Source: Kiritimatiellia bacterium (GTDB taxonomy: Bacteria; Verrucomicrobiota; Kiritimatiellia; RFP12; UBA1067). From it: 64,000 nt of DNA. Below are positions 29,355 through 41,300 of this stretch, piece by piece. A model generated the notes under the pieces. The model saw only the letters and a list, made by a program, of their open reading frames with translations. It did no database searches and was not told the origin of the DNA. Each line of letters opens with the position of its first letter. Position 1 is the stretch's first letter. The position numbers and the translations under genes were made by a program. Location: contig JBMNFY010000017.1 in the NCBI GenBank assembly GCA_050949565.1, positions 1,056,001 through 1,120,000 of the forward strand, read 5' to 3'.

Positions 29355-32300
29355 TCAATGCACGGGTTCCCCCGCCTCCATGCTATTCCGGCCCACGGAC
29401 ACGGGGCCGAGCACAAGATTTGTTTGCGCGGGCGATCCAAGCCCTACGCCGTACACGCTACCACGGGGAATGTTGATCGCCACCGTTGTTTCCGGCTCGC
29501 CACCTCCGTACATCAGCAACCGCTCGCTATTGAAGTCGGCTTGCTGGAGTCCCGGCGGATAGTAGCCGCCACCCCAGTCGGCACTACTCAGGCGATCTGA
29601 TCCGACTTCTCCTGAAACGCTGAGACCGTCGTCGCTGTTGTAAATGTCCACAAGGCCGCACTCGTGCATCAGCTCGTGCGCCAGTGTGTGTCCCGTGGCT
29701 AGGCGGCCAAGAACCAGCCCCAGGCCTCTTGCGTTAAATCCGAGCGTGTCGTGTCCTCCGCCATATTCAATTATATCTTCCACGAAGTAAAGTTCGACCC
29801 CGCCGGTATTGTTCGTGCAATCCAACAGTTGCCAGACTGTTGAACCATTGGTCACGACATTGTCCGGCGGCAGATTCAGCTTGTACCAGTCGTTGCGATT
29901 CGTGTAGTTGATTGTCCCGTTCCACGCGAGCGTTATTGCGACTTGCCACAGAATCTTATTGGCGTCCGCAATCATTCCAGCGATGCGGGAGGGAGTGGCG
30001 GGAGTGTACCCAGCGGAGTGCCTCGCGACCCACACAGCTACAGGCACGGTCTTGGGTTGCAAGACTTCCCCCACGAAGAAGGGCCGGACGTGGGGCGGGG
30101 TGATGACGAGGCCTTTGATATCCACCTCCAGCCGGAAGGCGCCGGTCGATGTCGCAGTCACGGCGATTTCGGGGCCGGTGTTGCCGCCGGCGAAGGCGAC
30201 GCGCCCCGCGCCCTCCTTGATCGTCCAGGTGATGTCGGCGTCGGGCACGGCGCCGCCGGGCACCTCGACCTTGAAGCGGGCGGTGCCGCCCAGCGGCATG
30301 CCGCTGGTGTTGTACACGTGCCCGTCGGCGTCGGTCGCGGTGATGACCGGCGCGGCGATGGTTTGCATCGCCTCGAACGCGAGGTTGGTCGAGACGCTGC
30401 CGGGGAGGGCGCCGGGCAGTCCGTAGGCGACCGTGAAGAGGCGCTGCCCCGTCAGGGCGGCGGCGTAGCGCACCTCGGCGGTGCGGTTGGTCCCGGCGGT
30501 GTATTTGGCCAGCCACTCGGACGCCGCGTAGGAGTCCTGCAGCGGCTCGTACTGCCCGGTCTGGCGGTTTCTGACTCTGGCCGAGGCGGCGTCCGTGTGG
30601 CCGCTGAACGTGAGCGTGCCGCCGCCGTCGGCGGGGACGCGGGTCGTGACGGACAGGATGTTGGTGTGGCCGGCCTGCACGCGGGGCGGGGCGTCCGCCG
30701 GGGCGTTGGAGAGGCACACGCCCAGCCCGGCGACCGTGTAGCGGCCGCGGCTGAAGAAGCGCCCCGCCTGCCAGGTGAAGACGTCCGCCCCGGCCGAGGC
30801 GCTGGGGGCCGTGCCGGTGACGGTGAAGGCGCCCGAGGTTTCGGCGAAGCCCCCCGGCGCGGCGGAGAGGTTCGGGGTGCAGCGGAAGATCACGGCGGGC
30901 ACGGGGGGGGAGCTGCCGCCGGCGACGGTCTGCGTGCAGCCGCAGAGCATGCAGGCGCCGTCCAGCGGCGAGAGGCCCCTTCCCGGCGCGGGCGCGGCCG
31001 CGACCGTGTCGGGCGCGCCGCCCGCCAGCAGGAGCCGGCGGGGGCGGTCGACCGTGCCGGCGGCCTGTCCCGCGCTGTTGGTCGGGGTGCCCGTGTGGTA
31101 GGGGTCGAGGCACGTCGGGCACTCGCAGACGCCCGGCGATGCGCAGCGGCACAGGCAGTTGTTCGGCTCCGGGCAGCACGGGCACTTGCCGGGAGGGGGA
31201 TCGTTGAAGGGATCGCCTTCTTCCCCGCCCGCGAACACGCAGAGGTGGGCGGGCACCGTGTCGGTGTTCCCGCCGAACGCTTTCGCGGTGTTGTTTGTCA
31301 GGACGACCCCCAGCTTGACGGGGACCTGCACCGTGTGCATGCCGGGCGTCTCCGCCAGATGGGGGAACTTGCCCCTGAGGTACGTCTCGCTCACGCTGAA
31401 CGCCGGGGAGAGGCCGGGGGCGGTGCCGAAGCCGAAGGCCGCGACGCTCTTCGGCCGGGCGCCGACGATCCCCACGTTCACCGTGTCCCGCCCGGTATGC
31501 GGGCAGAGCGGCACGGGAGAGAACGCGTAATTGAAGTTGTGCATGGTGCCGTGCTTGGCGTTGCCCGGCGGAGGGGAGGCGGGCGCGGGCGCCGGGGGCG
31601 CGGCCGCGGGCGCGGGGGCGCCCGCCGGGGCGGGCACCCGGAAGACGTTGTCCGCGTCTTCGGCGACGGTGAGGGAGGAGGCCGCGGCCACCGTGACCGC
31701 GGCGTCGGCGGCGGAGGTCCCGGGGCCGGGGACCAGCGCGAACGGGACGTCCACACCCCGGGGGATGGCGACGCGCGAGAGCTGCGCCGTGCCCGGCGCG
31801 ACGGGCACGATGACCTCGCCGATGCGCAGCGCCGCCACGCCTGCGGAGGCCTCCAGCCGGGTCTCCAGCGTCAGCAGGGCCAGCCCCGCGCCGCCCTCCA
31901 TCCACGGGGGCGGCGCGGAGGCGAGCTGGACCGCGCCGACGACCCGCCAGAAGTCGTTGGTGCCGTCCCCCAGGCTGTCGGGGGTGAGCGGGTCGGTGCC
32001 GTATTTGAGGACCTCGTCGCCGTCGCTGAGGCCGTCGCGGTCCGTGTCCCGCTGGCGCGGGTCGGTGCGGTATACCATCAGCTCCTCCCAGTCGGTGAGG
32101 CCGTCGCCGTCGTGTCGGGGACGGCGGGGTCGAGGCGTCCGAAGGCGGTCCAGCGCAGGGCGAGCGCCGCGCCGCCGGGCGGGAGGGCGGCGGAGAGCGG
32201 CGCGCCGTCCGCGAAGGCGAAGGCCTCGCCGCCCCCCGCGTCCGCCGCGCCGATGAGCCAGTTGGTGACGGCGGAGAGGTCCGCGCCGGGCCGGGGGCGG

Positions 32301-33259
32301 ATGAAGTACTCGAAATCGCCGTCCGGGTGGAGGCGGCACTGGAGGTCGGCCTTGGCCTCCTCGATCCGCCCGAGCATCAGGCTGTTCCAGGTGACGGTGT
32401 GCAGGCCGCCGGTCCCGGCCGCGGACCAGAGCCGCCCTTCGGGCGGCAGGAGGCCCGAGGGGGTCTGCAGCACCGAGAGGACGCGGTTGGAGGCGGGATC
32501 GGGGAAGGCGGGCGCGGCGGGCGCGAGCCGGCCGGGCAGGCCGTCCAGCAGGAGCATGCCCGACGGCGCGGCGCACACGGCGGTGACGAAGCGGGAGTAA
32601 TCCTCGAGGCCGCCCGCGTTGAAGCCGGACGGCAGGGGCACCCACCAGGCATCGTCGTGGACGCCGTGCCCCGAGACGTAATCGGTGACGGTTGCGCCGG
32701 CGGGCGGCGCGAAGTCGTGGACGGCGTTGGTCGCGGCGTGCGTGAGCGCGAAGCATGCGTCGTACTGCGCCTGCGTCAGGCGGTTCGTGTAGCGCGGCGG
32801 CGGGACGAAGCCGTCCGCCGGGGGCGGCATGAGGCAGGCGGGCGGCAGGCCCTGGGTGGCCGACGCGGGCAACTGGCCCCGGGCGGACGGCGCGGACGCC
32901 TGGCCCTGCGTGGATGATGAGGACGGCTGGCCCTGGGCGGATGACGCGGGCGGCTGGCCTTGCGTGGATGACGAGGACGACTGGCCCTGGGCGGGCGGCG
33001 AAGGCGGCTCGGGCTTCGAGCCTCCGCAGCGGACCGCCTCCGCGAACATGAAGAGCACGGCCAGGACGACGAGCACGGAGGTGCGCCTGACCCAGTCGCG
33101 GAAGCGCCGGGTCTCCGCAAGGAGATACCGGAGCGCGCCGCACGCGGCGGGCAGGAGCGCGGCCGCGGCCAGGAACAGGCAGCACGCGCAGACGAGAAGA
33201 TGCCGCGCGCGGAGCAGCGCCTCTTCGTTCAGGAGTGAAAAGATTTTGGCGGTGTCCAC
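29355..33259 (-). CDS. Locus C large protein, paralogue of 50586-54509, with a different metzincin tip; 1-bp deletion at ~32112
   Basis: ORFs 32078-33259 and 29355-~32100 join into a near-copy of the 1307-aa protein (gtcgtgtc here vs gtcggtgtc in copy B); tip [17 protein letters not shown]...RLLMY. Confidence 0.8.
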
Positions 33260-33268
33260 GGCATCCCC

Positions 33269-33412
33269 CTATCTGTGGACGCATCTCTCGGTGTCGGCGG
33301 AGACGGGCGGCGGGACCGCCGTGCTGACGATGTCCGCGCCGGACACCAGAAGGGCGGCAGTGGCGGCCGCCAGAAAAACGGCGGCGCATCGGAATGTGGC
33401 AAAACCTTTCAT
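33269..33412 (-). pseudogene. Internally deleted copy of leader gene 54519-55112
   Basis: Nearly identical to the first ~46 codons (MKGF...DTERCVH), then jumps to the intergenic RBS; about 450 bp (equivalent to ~54522-54974) missing. Confidence 0.8.
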
Positions 33413-33556
33413 TGACAGAACCCCTCCCCCTCTTGCACGGAAAAGGCGCGAATCCCGCTCCGTGCGAAAGCGCAAAAATCAGCGTGTCGAGGGGTCTTTT
33501 CTATCTCATGCGTTCATTGCTCAGGCTGAACGTTCACCGCGAACGATCTGCCTCGG

Positions 33557-33585
33557 ATCATACCCTTTTCAGGCAATGACCGCAA
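33557..33585 (-). promoter_or_regulatory. Predicted sigma70-type promoter of locus C
   Basis: TTGCGG-N17-TATGAT inside a ~130-bp block conserved with 55290-55437. Confidence 0.5.
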
Positions 33586-33690
33586 CCGGTTTTTGCCAGA
33601 TTTTTGACCACGCGCCGCCGAGTTTTGAGTTCAAGGACCTTGCAGATGAAACAAGGTAGCGGTATGGTATTGGCACAAGAGGAGGATTGC

Positions 33691-35517
33691 ATGGACGGCA
33701 GGATAGCGAGACGGATTGCGACGAGTGGACTGTTGGTGTTGGCCGCGCTCAAGCTTGGTGCGAGCACGGTCGATGTCGCGGCGTATGGCGTGCGGCCCGA
33801 TACTGGCGAGAACATGACGCCCGCCATCAGCCGCATGCTGGCCGCTTGCACCAACGGCGGCGAGCGGATTGTGCTGCCGGCAGGACGCTACCTATTCCGG
33901 CCCGACCGCCCCGGCGAACGTACCACGGCCTTCTTGATCCGGGGTGCGCGCGGGCTGACGCTCGACGGCAACGGCGCGACGCTGATCTTTCACGGTTTGA
34001 TGAATCCTTTCCGGCTGGTCGACTCACGGCAGATTGAAGTGCGTAATCTATCGATCGATTGGGAGCGTCCGTTCATTACGCAGGGTACGATCCGCTCGGT
34101 GACCGACGAGTACGTTGACTTGGCCATTGACCGGCAGCACTACCCGTATGTGATTGAGGACGGACGGGCCTGGTTCACGGGCGAAGATTGGAAACGCGGT
34201 GTGGACGGCTACAACCTGCTCTACGATGCCGCCACCCGCGAGATCCTCTATAAGACCCGCGACAACGCATTGGGAATCGATTTCAACAAACGGGCGGAGG
34301 AGATCGCGCCCGGCGTGATCCGCTTCTTCGGCAAGCCCAAGATCAAGCCTCCCCTCGGTACGATCATCGGGCTCAACCATGGCCGCTACATCGTCAACGG
34401 GTTCGATGTGAACCGCTGTGCGGATGTGACGCTGCGCGACATCAGGGCCTACCATGTGTTGAGCCACGGCGTGGTCGCTTTGCGGACCGAGAACTTAACG
34501 CTCAACGCTTTCAACATTGTCGCGAATGAAGCGAAGGACCGCGTCTTCAGCGCGGTGGCGGACGGCTTTCACCTTGTCCACTGCAAGGGCGTGGTGACGA
34601 TCGAGAATTGTGCTCACACTGGACTGGGCGATGACTTTCTCAATGTCCACGGGCGCAACTGCGTGGTGCACAAACGGATCGACGACCGGACAGTGCTGGT
34701 TGATCGCGCGGAGTGTACGGATTCGGGTGACGAGGTATGGCTGCTACGTAAAAACGAATCGCAACGCCGCGAGGTGTGCCGGGTGGCCGCGATCAAGCCG
34801 GTTCAACTTGAGAACAAGCGGTGGGGCTATGAGGTCGCCTTCACCGAGGCGTTGCCGACGGATTTCCGCGAGGGTGACTTTTTTGAAAACAAGACGTGGA
34901 ATGCGCGTCTGATCTTTCGTCACAACAAAGTACTCCGGCGTCACCGCGCGCGCGGCATTCTGGTGTCGACACCCGAAAGCGCTGTGATCGAAAAGAACCT
35001 GTTCAGCACGGCGGGCACAGCGATTTTGATTGAGGGCGATACCGATTTCTGGTTCGAGTCAGGGGCTATCCGCGACCTGGTAATCCGCGACAACGTGTTC
35101 GAGAACTGCCTCTCCTCCGGCTCGGAGACCGGCGGCAAATGGGAGTGGGGCGAGGCGATCATCACGATCACCCCGTCGCACCGGCCGAACAGCGTGACGT
35201 GCGAGCCTTATCACCGCAACATCCGCATCGAAGGCAACACGTTCAAGACATTCGACATTCCGCTTGTGCGCGCCCGTTCAGTGCGCGGGCTCGTTTTCCG
35301 CGACAACACGATCGAACACACAACGGCCTTTACGCCCTTCGCTTGGCAGAAGGCGGCCTTTTGGTTCGACGGTTGCCGCGAGGTGACGGTGGAGCGTAAC
35401 GTCTATGCCGACACCTATGCCGGGCGGACGCTCTGGACGCAGCACATGGCCGAAAGCGATCTGAAGGTCACGGACTCCCGCGCATTCACGGTGCTTCCCT
35501 GTCCCGTCGAGAAATGA
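33691..35517 (+). CDS. GH110-like alpha-galactosidase (parallel beta-helix)
   Basis: RBS GAGGAGG; signal peptide; SIDWERP..TQG, ADGFHL..CKG, GDDFLNVHG, RARGILVSTP, WFESG. Confidence 0.8.
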   Translation: MDGRIARRIATSGLLVLAALKLGASTVDVAAYGVRPDTGENMTPAISRMLAACTNGGERIVLPAGRYLFRPDRPGERTTAFLIRGARGLTLDGNGATLIFHGLMNPFRLVDSRQIEVRNLSIDWERPFITQGTIRSVTDEYVDLAIDRQHYPYVIEDGRAWFTGEDWKRGVDGYNLLYDAATREILYKTRDNALGIDFNKRAEEIAPGVIRFFGKPKIKPPLGTIIGLNHGRYIVNGFDVNRCADVTLRDIRAYHVLSHGVVALRTENLTLNAFNIVANEAKDRVFSAVADGFHLVHCKGVVTIENCAHTGLGDDFLNVHGRNCVVHKRIDDRTVLVDRAECTDSGDEVWLLRKNESQRREVCRVAAIKPVQLENKRWGYEVAFTEALPTDFREGDFFENKTWNARLIFRHNKVLRRHRARGILVSTPESAVIEKNLFSTAGTAILIEGDTDFWFESGAIRDLVIRDNVFENCLSSGSETGGKWEWGEAIITITPSHRPNSVTCEPYHRNIRIEGNTFKTFDIPLVRARSVRGLVFRDNTIEHTTAFTPFAWQKAAFWFDGCREVTVERNVYADTYAGRTLWTQHMAESDLKVTDSRAFTVLPCPVEK

Positions 35518-35587
35518 GTGCGAAGAGGATGCTTGACGAGACTGGCTTTGGATTCTCAACAGCAACGGTTAATCGGCCTCCCGACGC

Positions 35588-37012
35588 TTACAGGAAAACC
35601 TCCTGCCTGTGCAACTCGGATCGAAGATCGGAATAGGCGAGTGAGCGTGGCGACGTCCCCTTGCGTGCGGACAGGGCAGCCGCGACACCGGCCGCCTGCC
35701 CTGTGACGAAACACGGACAAATAAGACGGAATGTGTCAATCGTATCGCCCGCGCCCAGGCAACGTCCCGCGCACAGGAGATTCTCCACCTTCTTGGGAAC
35801 GATCGCCCGATAAGGAACCGCCCAGGCGGCATGGGCGCCGTCATGCCCGAACCAGCCGATCGTCTCGTCGCCGAGCTTGCCTTCCGCGATCATCTTCCGG
35901 TCGACGACGACCTCGGTGTCGACGAGGCGCGTGGCCCGCGGGCCGATCTGGGACGCTGTCGCCGCGATGTAGACTTCCTCCCAGCCTGGTGTCTTGCGCA
36001 TCTCGCGCACCTCCTCCCACCAGTATTTACGGAACTCCACTTCCGCCCGGCTCAACTCGCGAATGTCCAAGCCGTTTGCGGGACGATCCACCGGCGGAAT
36101 ACGGACACTCCCCCACCACATCGACTTGTTCGCGGTGTTCGACCGTGTCGGCCACTTGCGCAGTCGCCCTTCCGGCGTCTTCGTGCCCTTCACGCGGTCC
36201 ATATTCGCCAACAGCACGTCATGGCCGATGCCGTGTGTGATCTGCCGGTAGTCGCCGCCGGCCCTGAACAGCATGTCCGCGTCACCGCTGCAATCGACGA
36301 TCTGTTTCGCGAGAATGGCCTGCCGTCCCTGCTTCGACTCGAAGACGATGCCCATCACGGTGTTTCCGTCCTGAATGACGTCAACGCCCCAGGAATGGAA
36401 GAACATCTCAACGCCGGCTTCCTGAATCATCGTGTCCATCAGGTACTTGGCCCCTTCGGGATCGACCGTCGGCTGCATATGCTTCTTGTTACCGGTTTTC
36501 GCCGGTTCAAACGTCGACACGTCCGCCCCCAGCGCATACGCGCGGTGCATGAACTCGCCGCAGATGCCGCGCGTGACGAGCGTCCAGTCGCCCCCCGCTT
36601 CCCTCCGGCAGGCGGAAAGCATGATCAGGACCATGCCGTTCGTGAAGAGTCCTCCGAGGGAGCCGTACCGCTCGACAAGCGCGACCTTCGCGCCCGCCCT
36701 CTTGGCCGCAATCGCCGCCGCAAAACCGGCCGTTCCGCCGCCTACAACAACGACATCTGTCTCATGGAAGACAGGAAGCCGATGGGCCGGTTCGAAAACC
36801 TCACCGTCTACGATCCGGCAGCTCGGCCCGTCCGTCATTGTGGGTTCGAGCGGGAAAATATTGCGTCCGAAGCTGGGATTCTTCGGATCGCCGATCGACC
36901 CGGCGGGCAACCCGGATTTCGAGGCGACAGGCTCATCCCCCACAACCTTTCCAGTCGCAAGCCCGGCGACTCCGATCCCCATGCTTCTCAGAAAATCACG
37001 TTTTGAAATCAT
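35588..37012 (-). CDS. Tat-exported FAD-dependent oxidoreductase
   Basis: SKRDFL signal; DVVVVGGGTAG; VDCSGDAD; VPYRAIVP...NLLCAGRC; GQAAG. Confidence 0.85.
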   Translation of the reverse strand: MISKRDFLRSMGIGVAGLATGKVVGDEPVASKSGLPAGSIGDPKNPSFGRNIFPLEPTMTDGPSCRIVDGEVFEPAHRLPVFHETDVVVVGGGTAGFAAAIAAKRAGAKVALVERYGSLGGLFTNGMVLIMLSACRREAGGDWTLVTRGICGEFMHRAYALGADVSTFEPAKTGNKKHMQPTVDPEGAKYLMDTMIQEAGVEMFFHSWGVDVIQDGNTVMGIVFESKQGRQAILAKQIVDCSGDADMLFRAGGDYRQITHGIGHDVLLANMDRVKGTKTPEGRLRKWPTRSNTANKSMWWGSVRIPPVDRPANGLDIRELSRAEVEFRKYWWEEVREMRKTPGWEEVYIAATASQIGPRATRLVDTEVVVDRKMIAEGKLGDETIGWFGHDGAHAAWAVPYRAIVPKKVENLLCAGRCLGAGDTIDTFRLICPCFVTGQAAGVAAALSARKGTSPRSLAYSDLRSELHRQEVFL

Positions 37013-37203
37013 AGCAATCTCCTTTGCCTTTGTTTTCTACCCTTTGGAATTATCATAACTGCGTTGGATGTGCAACTCCCAGATGCGATACAATCGCGTT
37101 GATTACTCTTGCAAGCGGGGCAGGGGTAACGGTATGGTGTCGGTAACAATGGCGTCAAAAGGAAGAGGGTGTTTGGCGAGAATGGTTTTGGAGCAGGATT
37201 GGT

Positions 37204-38391
37204 ATGACTAAACGGAAGGCGAAAGAGGATCATGCAAGGCTGCAGAGACGCGAAGAAAAGACCATGAAGGACGGTCATGCCGATCCATCGCAGAGGCTTT
37301 ATGACAAGGTGGCCGACGAAGATTCCGTGCGCCAGGGCTTCTATCGTGAAGTTGCCGAGATTTTGAAGACGGCCCGGGTTCATGCACATCGCGCTGCGAA
37401 TTTTATGATGGTCGAAGCGTATTGGAATGTGGGGAAGAAGATTGTCGAGGAGGAGCAATCGGGCAAAATGCGCGCCGCCTACGGTGAATTCCTCATTGAT
37501 CGGCTTTCGGCCAAGCTCAGGGAAGAGCTGGGACGGGGGTTCGATGTGACGAATCTGAAACGGATGCGGCAATTTTATGTTCTGTTTCCAAAAGGTGCCG
37601 CAGCGTGGCACCTTTTATCTTGGTCCCATTTCAAGGCGGTATTACGGCTAGAAACGGCGGAAGCCCGTACTTGGTATCTGCAGGAGGCCATGGAACAAAA
37701 CTGGTCGGTTCGTGCTCTGGAGCGACAGGTCAGATCGCTCTACTACGAACGGCTATTGATGAGCCGGGGCAAAGGAGATGAGGTCATGTCCGAGGCCCGG
37801 CAAAAAGCCGCAGAGGTCGCAACAGCGCCAGAAGACCTCATCAAAGACCCATACGTGCTCGAATTTCTGGGCATTCCTGATGCTCATGCGTTCCGTGAGT
37901 CCGAGTTGGAGCAGGCGATCATCGACAAGCTTCAGGCATTCCTGCTGGAGTTGGGCAAAGGGTTTGCCTTTGTAGCGCGACAACAGCGTATCCCCACGGA
38001 GACCAAGGATTTTTTCATCGATCTCGTGTTCTACAATTATCTGCTCAAGTGTTTCGTGCTGATCGACCTCAAGGCCGGTGAACTCACGCATCAAGATATC
38101 GGCCAGATGGACATGTATGTTCGCCTATACGAAGACCGGCATAAGAATCCGGGGGACAATCCAACCGTCGGCCTCATTCTCTGTACCGACAAAGACGCAA
38201 CCGTGGTCAAATACTCTGTGCTGAGCGAGAGCAAACAGCTTTTCGCCTCCCAGTACCGGCTGGTGTTGCCGACCGAAGAGGAGCTACGCCGTGAGATTGA
38301 ACGTGAACGTGATCTCGCAGTCCGAGAACAAGAGGAACGGTATGGGGGGATCGGGAGAGAGAATAGAGCTTCGCTCGAAGCCGCGAAGTAA
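37204..38391 (+). CDS. YhcG/DUF1016 PDDEXK nuclease-domain protein
   Basis: AYWNVG..IVEEEQ.G, LSWSH, WSVR.LERQ, KDPYVLEFL, LLELGKGFAFVARQ, IDLK, GQMDMY, GLILC; start may be 37264. Confidence 0.92.
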   Translation: MTKRKAKEDHARLQRREEKTMKDGHADPSQRLYDKVADEDSVRQGFYREVAEILKTARVHAHRAANFMMVEAYWNVGKKIVEEEQSGKMRAAYGEFLIDRLSAKLREELGRGFDVTNLKRMRQFYVLFPKGAAAWHLLSWSHFKAVLRLETAEARTWYLQEAMEQNWSVRALERQVRSLYYERLLMSRGKGDEVMSEARQKAAEVATAPEDLIKDPYVLEFLGIPDAHAFRESELEQAIIDKLQAFLLELGKGFAFVARQQRIPTETKDFFIDLVFYNYLLKCFVLIDLKAGELTHQDIGQMDMYVRLYEDRHKNPGDNPTVGLILCTDKDATVVKYSVLSESKQLFASQYRLVLPTEEELRREIERERDLAVREQEERYGGIGRENRASLEAAK

Positions 38392-38396
38392 GCGCA

Positions 38397-41300
38397 TCAC
38401 CACGTCCGAAAGACGCCGAACCAGCGGCGGCTGTTTGATTCGCTACCGACGACTCTCAACAGCAACGGCTCGCCCGGTGTCACCATCGTGGAGGATAGCG
38501 TCAGGGTGAACGTTCCGTATTCGGCGGTCGCGGTGTCGCGCACGTATGCGAGCGCCGCGGATTTGTCGGCGCTGGTCCACTCGGCGTCGTGTTGGCTGAT
38601 CGCCGGAATGTCGATGAGCTTGCTGTCGCCGACGTAGAGGGTGAAACGTCCCTGCGGTTCCGCGAAGTAGCCCATGCCGCCTTGCCACGTCACAACGGCT
38701 TGCGGTTTTGAGCGCACGTCGGCGGGCATCTTCCGCGTTTTCCAGATCAACTCGTTCTTGCCCGTTATGGCTCTGGCCACATCAAGCTGATACGTGCCTA
38801 GCGGCAGATTGTCATACCCGCTGTCGCCCGCCTTGACAGTCTCTTGCCAGCCGTTTTGAACCCCGGTCGATATCTTCACGGTGCCTTTGGGATTGAATGC
38901 GTCAGAACGCGCGTAACGGATCATTCCGTCCAGCAGACAGGTGCCCTCCGGTGTGCCGGACAGCACGTCCAGCCCGAATGTCATCAACACACGTCCCGCC
39001 TCTATGCGCGTTTCGGCGGCGTACAGGAAGTAACCTTTGCCGCCTTCGCCGACCACGATCATCTCATCCGGCAGCAGACCCGCAAACGGCAACGGCCAGC
39101 CTTGCTTCAAGATGCGGAACGACAACGGTGAGAGCGTCCCATCATGCGGGAAATCGCCGAGCGCCGGATGCCGCGCGAAGGCCGTCCCCACCTGATTCCC
39201 CATCCACCACCATCCCAGACTCACGTTCGGCGGACCTTTTGTGCCGTTGATCAGAATCACACGCCGACCTGCCGCCAGCGCCGCGCCGACATCCGGCGCC
39301 CCGAAGCGCGATATCAGAAGTCCGGCTTTCTCCGCTTCAGGCGTCCCGGACACGGCAAGTCCCGCATACATCTTTTCCAACGCGGGCAGCAGTTCCGGCG
39401 AAACGGCGATGCCCGCGCCATCCTGCTTTTCCCGTTTGGGGAACACCCAAAAGTCCCAGGTGTTGCGCACAGGATCCGGGGCGTTGGCTACGGCGACCTC
39501 AAGGACGGCATGCGACGGCTTAGCGACATTGGGCATGGTTATGGACGTTTCGGCAAACAGCCGCGTGCTGCCGAGTTCGACGTCGCCGCCGTCGCACTCG
39601 CCTTGCGCAAGCACGGCGTCTCCCGAGCGCAAGGCCCACTTGACGCGCGCCCCGGCCAGCGGCGCTTCGCCGTAATGCGTGATCCAGAACGTTGCCTTCA
39701 CCGCATCGCCGGACACAGCGATGCGGGTTTCGGGATCAGTCTTGAGCAGCAGCGCGGTCGCACTATTGAACTGGCGGAAATCCTCCGGTGTCGAGCCGTT
39801 GCGCTTCACGCCCCAGAACGGATCGAACAAGCCCTGTGCGCTGTAGGTGTCTCCTTGCTGGACGACCACATCGACGATGGTCCAGAAACTATAGCCGTCA
39901 CACGCCGGGTCCAGCCGCGCGGCTTCGACGCCGCGCTTCTGATAATACCGCTGTAGGGCGTGCTGCGCGTCCTGACAGGCGTCGCCCCAGCGCCGATCCA
40001 GACCGGCAGTGTTGAGCCATTCGTCCCGCTTCGCCATCGGCACGGGCGGCAACCACGATCCTGAAAAACGTTCTTCCAAGCGCGGGTCCTGTTTGACACT
40101 CAGGTTCAGGTATTCGTGCGCGACAAAAGGCGCGTCGCAAGTGACGCTCCCCGGCTTCCAGACGTTGATGGGGCCGTTGCGGAAATCGGAGTTCTCGGCC
40201 GTGTTGAAGGTTCCGTCCTGATGGAGCATGAGGCGGTCTGGGTCTAACCGCTTGGCCAGTTTGTAGAGTTCCTTGTCCAGCGGACTGCCGAGAAGCCCTT
40301 CGTTCCCCGTGCAGTATGTGGTGAACGATACGTAACGGCGGTAATGCGTGTAGAGTTCTTTCAAATCGCGCATCGGATCGAAGGTAAATGCCTCGGTCGG
40401 GTAGTCGCCGTAGTAGGGCAGTTCGGGCTGGACCATGATCCCTGCCTCGTCCGCGGCCTCGAAGTACTCGGGCAACTCGCAATGCGTGTGCAGGCGCACA
40501 TAGTTGAACCCGGCGGCCCGCGCGATCTTGAGGTGTTTGAGATGCGTCTCTTTTGAAGCCGGCGAGACCAGTGTGAGCGGATACACGCAATCGTCGCCGT
40601 AGCCGCGCACGAAAAACGGCTTGTTGTTCAAGAAGAAACGGTCGCCGCGCACCTCGATCTTGCGCACGCCGAAGCGCTCCGTCCAGCCGTGCACCGGCGT
40701 CTCACCTTCGCACAGTGTGATCTCCGCCACATAGAGATTCGGTGATTCAGGCGACCACGGCATAAAGGGGTCGAGCTTCACGCGGCAAACGACATCCGCG
40801 CTCTTTTTGCCGTCAGTAAATGTGACCACTTCCTTGCCAACTGCCGACTGCTGATTGCCGGTTGCCGATTGAATCGTCACGCGCAACACGGGGTTCTTCA
40901 ATCTGCCCGCTTCCGTGGCAGTTGCAATCGTCGCATGCACCTCAGCCGTCTGCTTGTCAAAATCCCCGCGCACCCAGGCGTCGTCGATACGCGTATCGGG
41001 CGTGGCCTCGATCTCGACATCGCGGTAGAGCCCGCCGAACCGGTGGACTGAACTGGCCAATCCTTTGCGGCTCGGCAGCACGTTGTTGGCCGAAGCCACC
41101 ACGACGGCTTGTGTGCCGGCCTGGACGAGATCGGTGATGTCATACTTGTAGGTGCCGCAGTAGTTGTCCACCCAAGCGACAGGCGTGTGGTTGACCCAGA
41201 ACCAGCCCTGCGAGCGTACGCCGCCGACCTTGAGCCAGATCCGCTTGCCTTGCCAGGCGGCGGGAATCTCGACCGTTTTGCGATACCATCCTTCGCCTTC